From positions 9,465,720-9,529,719 of the forward strand of contig MU058065.1 in assembly GCA_013265495.1 (NCBI GenBank): DNA of 64,000 bases. The letters run 5' to 3'. Positions 1-10,922 of this stretch are shown one piece after another (the first letter of the stretch is position 1; each line of letters starts with the position of its first letter). Both the position numbers and the translations under genes were made by a program. The notes beneath the pieces were generated by a model. It saw only the letters and a program-made list of their open reading frames with translations. It searched no databases and was not told the origin of the DNA. Source of the DNA: Vicugna vicugna. Its lineage: Eukaryota.

Positions 1-271
1 CCATTTAACTGATCTTATTCAAGGATGGACAGTTAGTTGTCATACTGTCCTCCTACCATACTTGTGACAGAAAACAGAGTTCTGATTGAATAAATATTTA
101 TTGAAGAGCACAAACTGTTTATAACCAAAGAAGAAGAGAGGGGGCCCCATGCTAGCTTTACCCCTGCTTTCCCACTTCTAGCAGAATCGTGGTGGCTGAG
201 ACAAACACATTCTTTGATCCACCAGCCTCACCTGTTGTGATTTTGGAATTCTCAGTACGCACGTTCTTAAA

Positions 272-770
272 CCAGGTTTTCTCAACTGTGGTTGCACATT
301 TGAATCACCTGTGAGCTAAAAGCTCACAGCCCACCAGCCACACCCCAGACCAATTACGTTATTAGCTCTGGGGGTGTGACCCAGGCATCAGTAGTTTTTA
401 AAATACTTTCCAAGTGATTCCAATAAGCTGCCAAGTTTGAGAATCATTGCATTAAACCTCAACCCTGGCTGCATAACAGATTCACCTGGGAACCAGTCCA
501 GACCAAGCTACTTATAATCAGAATTTTTTTAACAAGAAGTTTCCCAGGTGATTTTTAACATGTAACCAAGGCTGAGAACGTCTACCTTTAAGCGGTAATT
601 CTCAAAGTGTGGTTACAGAGTCCGTGTTAGGATCAGCCACGTTCCTCATTAAACATGCCACCTCCCCCAGCCCCCCACCCCGGTCCTACTGAATCAGAAA
701 CAGGGCTGCACTGAGCTTATCAGCCCCGCAGGTGATTCACATCCTCACTAAGGTTGGAGACTTACTGTTC
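272..770. mobile_element. Three adjacent MER5-family (hAT-Charlie) MITE remnants
   Basis: Three units (about 272-450, 455-582, 592-770) carry MER5-type motifs: ttctcaa(a/c) near one end, gaatcacctg/attcacctgg, ccaggtgatt-type, and tttgagaa-type ends. Confidence 0.75.
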
Positions 771-854
771 GCCCAGCCTGACGATCCCTCATCTTGTACA
801 AAGACAGAGTTACTCTTTTTGCCCTAGGAAGACAGTTCTAATTCCTGTTAAAGT

Positions 855-1090
855 GCAGATACCATGACATAATCTCCAAGGTACATGAGGTGAAAAGAGC
901 AAGATGCAGAATAGCTTAGACAGCATTTACCTTTTAAGAAGAAGAAGCAGCGATATTTGTATGTGTATGTACGGGCGGAAAATCTCTGAAAGGATACAGG
1001 TAAACACGCCTCGGCAGAATGGGACTGCGTGGTTTGGCAGAGGGGGAGGAACTTTTGTCATTTGTACCACGTACAGGTAATGCCTCTATT
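855..1090 (+). mobile_element. Ancient L1 (L1ME-type) 3' fragment
   Basis: gacataatctccaaggtacatgaggtgaaaagagcaagatgcagaatag resembles the L1ME 3' end. Confidence 0.55.
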
Positions 1091-1544
1091 GAAAACCAGC
1101 AACAAAAAATGCAAGCCTTGCAGGGGGAGAAGGCACATTAAACCTGGTTAACCACTTATACCTCAAGTGGATATTTTAGTCAGAATTATTTTTCTGAACG
1201 GATATTGATTTGAGGAAGAACAACACGGCATATGCCATGAGGACCAGAGAAACCAAAAAAGTCTGGGGAGGGGGACTAGGAAAGAATCTGATTCTCAAGG
1301 TCAGTCTTTGCCAACTTTACATAGTTACCCATGGTCAGTCTTGACATTGATTTGTAATCTAAAAGATGGAAACAGACTGGTAAGCATCTCCCTTTTCAGC
1401 CACTGTTTAGAAAATAAACAGAGGCTTTTCGCCTTCACCAAGCTCCCTCTTAACAGAGTGGGAGTGGGGGAGGGGCGGCCCTTTGGCCATTTGGACCTTA
1501 GCTCTTAAGTGTCTGTGAAATGCTGCCTCAAATTCCCCTTGTAA

Positions 1545-1560
1545 CCACCAGGTGGCAGCA
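1545..1560 (+). promoter_or_regulatory. Consensus CTCF core motif
   Basis: CCACCAGGTGGCAGCA matches CCASYAGRKGGCRS with no mismatch; a GC-box (gggggaggggcgg) lies about 70 bp upstream. Confidence 0.7.
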
Positions 1561-1791
1561 GCAATCCAGCTTCTGGGCTAGCCCGGGAGATGCTGAAGTA
1601 GCACGACTCTCCTTTGTTCAATTAGCGTTCTGGTCATAGAGCTGTGGAAACGCAGACATGAAAGAACATTTCTTAAAAGTTCTGCCAATGACCACAGATG
1701 TTTAAAAGGAGGTAAAAAGAAGAACAAGTATATTGAGAACACTTCATATTGAACACAATAAGTCCGATCTATGAAGGGGAGGAAGCTAGAT

Positions 1792-1995
1792 TGTTAACAT
1801 TTCCTGACACCTGCTACATGCCAAGCACTTTACTAAACGCCTGCAGGTTATTTCATTTGATCATGAATACAGACTTGTGCGCGGGATACCAATGCCTCTG
1901 TTTTACAGATGGGGAAGCTAAAGTAGGGGTAGATTAAGTAACTTGCCTGATGTTTCAGAGAAGTAAGACAGAGGCAAAATATGAACCCAGTTTGA
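1792..1995 (-). mobile_element. MIR SINE
   Basis: MIR core ttttacagatggggaagctaaag...ttaagtaacttgcc. Confidence 0.8.
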
Positions 1996-3069
1996 TCACA
2001 TAAATCCATGATCCTTCCGTTACGTCAGACCATCGATCGCCTGCAGTTGGGAGTATCAGGCACTGGCCGAAACGGGCTTTGAACGATGGCGTGGAGTTGG
2101 ACCACAGTATGCTTGGGGAGGGAGTCGGGTGGAGATTTCCCAGCCAAATAGCAGGATTCTGACAGTGAGAGGCTGTGACTGCTGTTTGTGTGCTCTCTGT
2201 TTTATGTCCCAGCACTGGTGCTTGTCACAAGCAGTAAGAGATCAACAGCGCTTCCTAAACGTGCGCCGTCTGTACAATCAGGAGGAGCTTCTTAAAATAA
2301 GAGGAGTCCTAACCCGGAGGGAGAAATGTGTTCTCAAGAGGGATAGAATGCGTTTTTTCCCTAGGATAATATGAACCTGAAGTAAATGACAGACTTCAAA
2401 TGTCAGGTCAAGTGGGAATATTTATTAGTGGGAGGTTCCTCTGTACTTGTTGCCTTTGTAACTGAAGAGGGCATTTAAATCTCTCCTTGGTAGCTTTTGA
2501 CTCGCATTAGGTAAGAAGCAGAAATTATCTCCCTATGTATTCCTATATCTCTCCTTCCCAGAAATTTTGCATTTTTGGCTGGTTCAACCTTTATTTTTAT
2601 GTCCTCAAGGTCAGTATTTTACATTCTGTCCTGCGACTGTAAATAAAAGCTCTCGTGATACAATTACATAAAGAGAATTTACCAGAGAACTGAACAGTGT
2701 ACGGTCGGTCGGTCGGGAATCCTCTATGACTAACCTTGAGTCTTGTAAGGGGGATTCTTGGATCATTAAGGTCACATGGATTCTCTTCTCTAAGATGCTC
2801 AGAATCACACCATGTTTGGTTTAATTGCATCTGGACCACAATTTTCATGTAAGTGGTTTTTTTTTTCTTTCTTTAAAGGTTTTGCTTGCTGCTTCTTATT
2901 CTGATTGTTAGAAGGAAGTGGGCCTCGCTGGTCACATCTCTAGAACATACCCCATACTAGCTACTGGGTGGGGCCGTGTCGACTCCCTGTGGGTCTGCGC
3001 CACATCTGTCCCTGTGGGCTTTCTTTGTAGTGTGCTGCTTGGCTGCTTCCCCTGTTTGTTGGATCTCGG

Positions 3070-3200
3070 GTTTCCTCCTTAATTGGATTTGCTTTTGTGT
3101 TTTGCTAAAATACATTCTTAATAATGACTTCAGAAATAGTGCATGAGGAATATATTTTCCAAGGCTTTGCATATTTGGGATGTCTTCTTGTCATTCTCTC
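3070..3200 (-). mobile_element. HAL1/L1ME-like fragment
   Basis: gtgcatgaggaatatattttccaaggctttgcatatttgggatgtc resembles the HAL1 consensus. Confidence 0.45.
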
Positions 3201-3205
3201 TCACT

Positions 3206-3315
3206 CTGTTTTGTTTTGTTTTTTTAAATATATTTTTTTTAAATGGAGGTGCTGGGGATTGAACCTAGGACCTCATGCATGCTAAATATATACTCTAACC
3301 ACTGAGCTATACCCT
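3206..3315 (-). mobile_element. Camelid tRNA-derived SINE (vic-1 type)
   Basis: ggaggtgctggggattgaacctaggacc...ccactgagctataccc is the reverse complement of a tRNA-like A/B-box head, with a T-rich tail on the left. Confidence 0.85.
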
Positions 3316-5399
3316 CTCTCTTGATTAAAATTTCATAAGAAAAACGCTCTTGATTTCCTTCTTAACCGTTTTTTAGTATTTATTTTAATCTAATATTAAG
3401 TGACTAGAATTAATGTTGTATCTTATAACATATATAATTTCTATTAGAACCTTAATATTATTTTAACAAAAGAGATTATACAAGTAAATTATGGCCTTTA
3501 ATGAGTCTTTTTGGCTGCATCCAGTAAGAAGAAACCACCTCCTATTCCCTTACACCTTTGTAGCTCCAGCTGGGCATTTTTTCCCTCATATATTCTATTT
3601 TGTTACCATGAAGCCTTCTGGAGGGGTTTTAAAAGCAATATTTCTGTCATCATTTTGTAAGTCCCATTTTCACAACTCACTTAGAAGCAAAATATTTTAT
3701 GAGAAGCTGTGTGGGGCCCAGAACGAGTGAAACACTGGTTGTCAGGCAAGATTTAGAAAATAGAAGCTTCCCGTAGATTTAGAACGAGAAAGCCCATCTG
3801 CATAAAGAAAGTCCACTTAGCCCACCAAGAAAACGCCGGTGGGTTTCTGCAAGCTCTCTTTTCCCTTGACAAAAGAGAGACAACAGTTAAAGGTTTTTAC
3901 TTATGCCCCAGCCCACTGCTGTTCATAGCGCAGAAATCTGTAATTCTCCTGCCAATAGAACTAAGTTGCTTATAAATGGCTACAGTCAAAAAATGCTCAA
4001 ACCAAAATATTTACCACGTTTTTCTTTCCAGTGATCTCAATAATACCTGAATGGATATATAATTATTTCTTGGACTAATAGAATCAGAGGGGTGTGCTTA
4101 ATGAGGTCTATGGGCTTTTCCAGTGTAAACTGCTGAGCCCCTGAGGAATGGGGGACCATCGCCTCTGCTATTGAATGTGTGTAAAATATACAAAATGGAC
4201 ATTCAGCAGGGAAAATCCAGGAAGATTTAAAAAGCTATGTATGTCCCTATGAGTTCGTGTTCTAAAGACTAGATGGAGAAGGGGATAAAAAGCTTAAATA
4301 GGAATCAAATCTTAATCTAGCATTTAAAAAAAAGCATGGAAGTTATGGGGATGGTCAGGTTTTCTGCCATGGGTAGTTGAGGCAGATATGGAGATAGTGT
4401 CTAATGAATCTCCAGGTGTCTGTGCAATACCATTAAGAGGGATAATGTCAATTTCAAGGAGGAAAGCCCCCACTGGTCCCTTTCCTTCTGAACAGACGGA
4501 TTAAAATTCTTATTGCATGGCCCTCTAAGCTCTCCTAAGAACCCAAACTTAAAAGCTGACATTACTGTGTGTTTAAACAATTACTCTGGGGATTGCCTAA
4601 AATTCACTTGACCATGAGTTTTGATATCATTAAAATGGCTGACTGATTACTCATAGACTGATACAGTAGGCAAGTTTGGGTGATTCCCTTGAAAACACAT
4701 ATTTAAAAAGAGTTCTTATGTCCATTTAGTTCTCTTTCTTCAGCTGAAATGAGCAAGGCTCATCTATGCTTTGGCTAGAAGCATAAAATTTAAGGATAAT
4801 GGTTTATCTCGAATGATGTTCCAATGATAGGCCTTGGCCTCTAAGCCAGGCGTGCAAGGAGTTCTCCAGTACAGACTGAAATGGTTGGTCCTGCTGAACA
4901 TTGTTGTGTCCTGGATGTAAAATGGAAGAGACGTTAGAAGAAAAACTACTTTTCTGGAATGTAAATATGTCTTTTTAGGGGTTGGAAAGTTGGAAATGAT
5001 CTCATGATGTCCCTGTGACAAAACCTGGCCTGAGAAAGGACCGCACCAGGCCAACTGGGCCTTCAGATGCATCCAACACTGTTTGTTTCTTGAAGTAAAG
5101 CACTACAAACTCTTGTTTATCCACAAGTTAACCAACAGGAAGCTGAGGCAATCCCTTCTCCCCTAACTCTAGCTTTAAGAGAAAGAGATAACCAAGGTTG
5201 TGTAGTTTTGGGGCTACATCAACACAATAGGATCACCCTGGCTTAAGCCCATTCTTAATATGATGTCAGTTTTGTGTGCCATTCCTAGTGATGCACCCAA
5301 GCAATGCAGAAATGTGGGGTACTGGTGTCTCCTAAGAGGTTACGCTGCACCGTGTCAGTTTCCTGCTTCTAACCATCTCTCATCATTCCAAATATATTT

Positions 5400-5512
5400 A
5401 TTTATGTACTTACTTTATTTTGGGGGGTGAAATATGATTTTCTTTTCTTTCTTTCTTTCTTTCATTTTTTACTGAAGTATAGTCAGTTTACAATGTGTCA
5501 ATTTCTGGTGTA
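5400..5512 (-). mobile_element. Short 5'-truncated young L1 3' end
   Basis: T-rich tail followed by actgaagtatagtcagtttacaatg...tcaatttctggtgtac; approximate TSD ccaaatatattta/ccaaacaaattta. Confidence 0.65.
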
Positions 5513-6064
5513 CCAAACAAATTTAAAGCCAGAGGTCAATGTTGTGAGCCAAGCCCCTATATACGTTTAAAATAATCTCTAAGCGTGTAAAAGTTTTTCC
5601 TGATAAAACATGGCACTTGACTCTTCCCACCTTTCCTACACAACATTACTTGAAAAAAATAGATAGATAGATAAATAGATGGACGAAACAATCGATCTGG
5701 CTGGGCACGTTGATGAGAGAGAACATGGGAAAGAGGCAAGCTCAAGAAACCACTGAGATCTTTTTCTCTTAAAGCCACCACTACTTTGTGTTTCTAAACT
5801 TCTTAGGAAAATAACTCAGTTTCTAGCAGCCACTTGTGCTGGCAAAGGCAAGCCCAGATGCACAAAATAACTGCTGAGCCGGTGGTATGATTTGAGAGGT
5901 GTGGGAATTAAGTGAGATTTCATGCGCCTTGCCTATCACGGATACCCAGAAGGCATTCAACAAGTATTAGTTTCTTCAAAGTCCAGCATCAGAATCAATC
6001 TTGGGTTCTTTTTTTCAGTCCTCTTTAAATATTCTCAGCTCATTCTTTCATTCACATACAGATT

Positions 6065-6197
6065 TTTGTGTGTGTGTGTTGGGGGGAGGAGTTACTTAGA
6101 TTTATTTATTTTTAAAGGAGGTACTGGGGATTGAACCCAGGACCTTGTGCTTGCTAGGCATGCGCTCTGCCACCTGAGCTTCACCCTCCTCACCTCC
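6065..6197 (-). mobile_element. Camelid SINE (vic-1 type)
   Basis: ggaggtactggggattgaacccaggacc; TSD cacatacagatt (6053-6064) / cacatatagatt (6198-6209). Confidence 0.9.
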
Positions 6198-8514
6198 CAC
6201 ATATAGATTGTTTCACCTAATATACAAGCATGGCTCCCCATGTGCCAAGGCCCGTGTTGGGCATGGGGATACGGTGGTGGATAATAAATCCCTGAACCCA
6301 CAGAGCAACGAGCCTAGTGTTAGTGACACAGCAGAGATTACACCTCTGATAAGAGGTATGAAGTCAGGAACCTGTATGAAAGGGAGAGGGAGCCAGGAAA
6401 GTGGCCCAGATAAATAAAAGGGATTTCTGGGTCCCTCCAGCTACTTCCCATTGCAGTCCAGAGCTGGCCTCGATACCAGCCTTGACTCTGCGCCTGAAGA
6501 CCAAGGTGAGAAGGACATCCCTTCCTTAGCTCTGGCTCAAATCCATGGGTAGAGATGCCAGAGGATCTGCTGCTTTAAAACAAAGAAAAAGAACAAAATA
6601 ATAACCATAATGAAATAAAAGCCTTAGAGCTAAAGAAATATAAAATGTCATGATTTGTGCATTTTTTTCCTACAAAACTGATTTGTTCCATGGTGGAAGA
6701 TGCAGGGTCTGCATTTGATTTCTACGAGATATGCAGTAATGGGTTATGTACTCCAGGGAAAAGCTATTCTTCAGGGAACTCGAACGTGATGGATTCACTT
6801 CCTCGGTGAGGTTTATAATATGTGGCAGTTTTAGTGCGAGCAGGTATTTGGTCTATGAACTGGGAGAACACAGCATTAGTGGTGGCTCGTTCCTAAATAA
6901 AGAAGAATGCAGCTCTCCCACTCACTCTGGTTGTGAGTCCTTCTGGGGATAAACTGGCAGATTAAGTGTTTTCTCGATGTTGTGTTTGCCTGTCACGGTA
7001 ATGTGCACACGCCCCACCGCCAGCACCTTTACACGGCCCCGCAGACCTGCTATTTTCGTCGACAGGAGCTGTTCACGGAGAGACCCACGTCTCATTCTGT
7101 GCTGAATGGAGTCAGGGTTATTTCCGCTTCTTGTTCAAACGCTCCCTCTCAATTAGATGCTCTACAATTAGCTGCTTCGCAATTAGACACCGGGGTCTCT
7201 CAGTCTGGGAGCATCCAGTTTCTTGGTCCCCGGAGGCCATTTCACGTCCTCACTCCTCAAAGCCTGCTGTTCTGCCTGTTGCTGTTTAAATGGTGCTAAA
7301 GAGAGGCAGGCCTGGCAGCCAGCTGGCTTCCTGGAGGGCCCCCAGTGCTGCTGGGCTGGGAGACCCAGGTCTGGTCCTCAGATGGGTGTGTGGGAACTCG
7401 AGCTGTCAACTCCAAAAGGGATTTCACTTCACAGCCCTGATTCACGTAAACTCATCTCATGAGAGATGGGCTAATCCATTAAAATGTCAATTTATGTATT
7501 TACTATTAGAACTATACTTGCTAAGCAATAAATCTGCGTCGGCCACTCTGTTCGTTCTCTTTACACAATTCAAGTCTGTTTGGGAAACCAAATTACAGAT
7601 CACAAGGTTTTCTGGTGAGGGGAAAACAGACTCTCATACACTGCTCGTTGGAGACAAGTTTTCTGGAAGACAGTGTTTTACTGTGTGCAGCCTTTACATT
7701 CAACAAGCGTGATGAGTTCTTTATTTGTGTCTCCTATCACCCCATGAAAATTTATTCAGTGGTGGAATCTTGCCCCTGTCACTGGCTGAAAACTTGGCCG
7801 GCCCCCTGACTTTTCCACTTACTCATATGGAATAGATTGGCTGGTGGTCAAAGTCACAAACACCGGCTTGATTCAGAAATGAAAACTATGTGCAAGCTAT
7901 TAATCAAACTTCAGCCTTCATTCAGAGGTCAGACTTTTCCTCCCCTTCTCCCTGCCGAGGCCCGTGGGTGATGGGCCACCCATCTTTCCGACAATGGTTT
8001 TGATCACCTTATCACATTCTGTTCGTCTCTTTCTGCTTGCTAACTGCATCTTCTGGCCTCTCGGAAGAGGGAACACGGTGAAGGAAGAGGCTATTAAGCT
8101 TGAGATGAGGGTCACCATGCTCACCCCACCCCTTCCCCACCCCTGTGACGGGGCTCCACATTTCAGCTCCGCCGAAGACTCGATCCTCACAAATCCACTT
8201 CCCCTTCCAAACTTTCAGCTCTTTTTGCCTGTCATCCAAGGGAGGAGGAATAGCCTTTATTTTCATTCTTTGAAATTTTATTCAGGCACTTAACTTTGGT
8301 GTAGAACATTATTGCAATTAAGATCCAAGCACTTTAGTTTGTGTGGGTCTGTGTACTTTCTCAGATGAAATGCCTAAAACTGGAAGTGTGTTCGTGGGTG
8401 CTCGTAACGTGGTGGGTGAGAGTGTGGGTTCTGGAGTCTGCTGTTTCCAAGTGACAGGGTCAAATTTCACTTTTACATCATGTTACACATGCACTGGAAG
8501 CCTTCAAGGTGTTC

Positions 8515-8745
8515 ATAATAGTAGCAAATGCTTCTTCAGCACTTACTGTATTGCACAGCCTATTCCAAGTGCTGTATCTGTGCTAATAAGTTTAGTTTCT
8601 CAACAATCTTGTGAGTTACATGTTATCATTATTATTTTGCAGAAAAGTAACTGGGGCAAAGAATATACTATTTGCCTAAAGTCACAAAGTGATAAATTCT
8701 ATCCAAACAGCCTGACTTCAGAACCCACACTCTTGATCGCCCTGC
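8515..8745 (-). mobile_element. MIR SINE
   Basis: agcacttactgtattgc...attattttgcagaaaagtaactgggg...tgcctaaagtcaca. Confidence 0.65.
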
Positions 8746-8954
8746 TTACTAATGCCCTTGAACTCAAGAATTCTAGTTCTAGGAATTTAGTCTCAGGAAA
8801 TAGACACACAAAACCACGTGGCTTGATCTTAATTGCAATATCCCTAACAACTTGAAAAAACTGGGTATGACTCTTTTGTTTGCTAGTAGGAGATTGATTA
8901 AATAAATGATAGTATGTTAACACGTTAGCCTTTAAACATGTTTTTTTAGAGGAC

Positions 8955-9900
8955 TATTCACATGTAAAAAATGCAAAACTGCACTAGCAGTCAGGGAAAT
9001 GCAAATGAAAGTAAGAAGCAGATACCATTTTTCACCCAGCAGAATGGAAAAAATGGAAAGGTGCCGTAATGTTCAGTGCTGGCAAGGAAGCAAGAACACG
9101 CACTGCCCTTCACTGCTGATGAGATTGGAACTTGTTAGATATCTTTGCAAAGGAATTTGACAAAAACTTCTAAAATGTTTAAAAATTAGAAATCTATAAG
9201 CCTTTGACCAACAATCTTCTTTATGAGCATCTATATTATAGAAAGTAAAGCATGAAAATTAGGCAAAAATCTGGAAATAACTGAATATCTGTCTATACAA
9301 GGATTGACTAATCACGGTACATCTGCACTATGTTACCTTAATGCAGCTCTTTAAAATGATTAATTAGACCTTGATTTATTGACCTGGAGGAGTGTCCATG
9401 ATACACTGTGTAAGAAAAGTTGCTTTCATAATAATGTGTAGAGCAAGATTCCATTTTGTGAAAACAAACAAGAATCTCTGTGTGTGAAAGTTTGTATAAA
9501 GGTGGAGAAAGGTCTGGATGGTTACAAATCAAGATATTTGGCTACTTCAGGTGGGTAGCATAAATGTGTGTGTGTGTGTGTGTGTGTGCATACGCCTGAA
9601 CTTTTATGCATCTTTGCATAGTTTCATTGGTTGCAGCAAGCATTTATATTTAGAAATTTAAAAAGTTTATTAAAGAAAAAATAATATTAAATGATGTGAA
9701 AGGTATTTATGATCTATTGTCAAATGAAAAGAAAAAAATATATAAATTCCATTTGAAAAAAGCAATCCAAGATGATATATGTGTGTGTGTGTATGTGTGT
9801 TTATGTGAGTGTAAAGAAAAAGACTGGAAGGATTATAAAGTTCAAAATGTTAATAGGAATTATTTCTGACTCATGGAGTTTTCATTGCCTTTGATCTGTT
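8955..9900 (+). mobile_element. L1ME-type fragments with embedded (TG)n microsatellites
   Basis: agggaaatgcaaatgaaag...gataccatttttcaccc is an L1 ORF2-end/3'UTR motif; TG repeats at about 9565-9588 and 9780-9800. Confidence 0.65.
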
Positions 9901-10850
9901 TTATGAATATCAAGCAATTAACATATATTAATTATATGAAGAAAAAATTTTGTTAGAAATAAAATGAGGAACTGGTTTGTAAGGAAAGATAAGGAGTTAG
10001 GATTGAGTCTGAAGTGAAATTTTTTTAAGAGAGTGATTGGTACAGTGGAGTCAGAACGAAAAGTTGAGATGGTGCATTTGAACGGTTCAGCTTCTGAAAA
10101 CGTTTTCTGCATTAGAGGGTGACATCTCCTGTGTTGTTAGCCAATAACCTTGTCACAATATATGACCTAGAAAGATTAGGGTGAGACCCAATTTTGAGAT
10201 TTCTTTTGGCAATATTTTCTATCTAAAATGCTCTGGCTTATTCCAAAGCATCTTTTATCTAGAAGGGGGAAGATAAAGAATTTGGAATAGAAGCTTAATA
10301 AGAAATGAAGATGTATCCAGGAAGACTTGTGGACACAGGACATGCACGGAGTGTGGAGGTGGATGGCAGATGGCAGAGGAATCCTGACGCAGGATGCCAC
10401 AGGGCTTAGGGCATTGTAGCCAGGAAGCCAGGGAACACATCCATGGGGAACAACAGAGACTAAAGTACATGGTTTGTGTTAAGAATTGGACTTTGCTCTT
10501 TCAGCCAAAGGCATGTGGCGTTTGTGTGATTTGTCACTTGCCATTTGCAGAACTTTGTAAAGTACACTTGTTGGGGGTGGGTAGGGGGAGGTTATATACA
10601 TAATTCATCCGACCCTCACAGAATTACAAGGGAAGGTGGTTTAGGAAAAATAAGTTCTTTTTATTTCTTCCTCCTCTAGATAATATCCAAACCAGAGCTT
10701 CAGTTACACAGAACCTCCGATCTGGTATCTTTTCAGGATAAGGTTAGTACTTGGAGAAAAGGATGAAGAATAGTTATTATGAAATTAGAGAAAGAAATTT
10801 AGTGACAGTTAATAATCCTAAGCTTCTTTGCCATTTAAAATTGTGGTTAG

Positions 10851-10922
10851 TGGGGGAGATGGGTATAGCTCAGCGGTAGAGTGCATGCTTAGCAAGAATG
10901 CTCAAAAAATATAAATAAAAAA
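10851..10922 (+). mobile_element. Internally deleted camelid SINE (vic-1 type)
   Basis: gggtatagctcagcggtagagtgcatgcttagca plus an A-rich tail; TSD taaaattgtggtt at 10836-10848 and 10923-10935. Confidence 0.85.

Noticed and set aside
8343..8855. 170-aa ORF
   Set aside because: It runs through a MIR remnant and has no recognisable domain.
10860..10895. tRNA gene
   Set aside because: Only the A-box half is present, followed by an A-tail and TSD; it is a SINE head.
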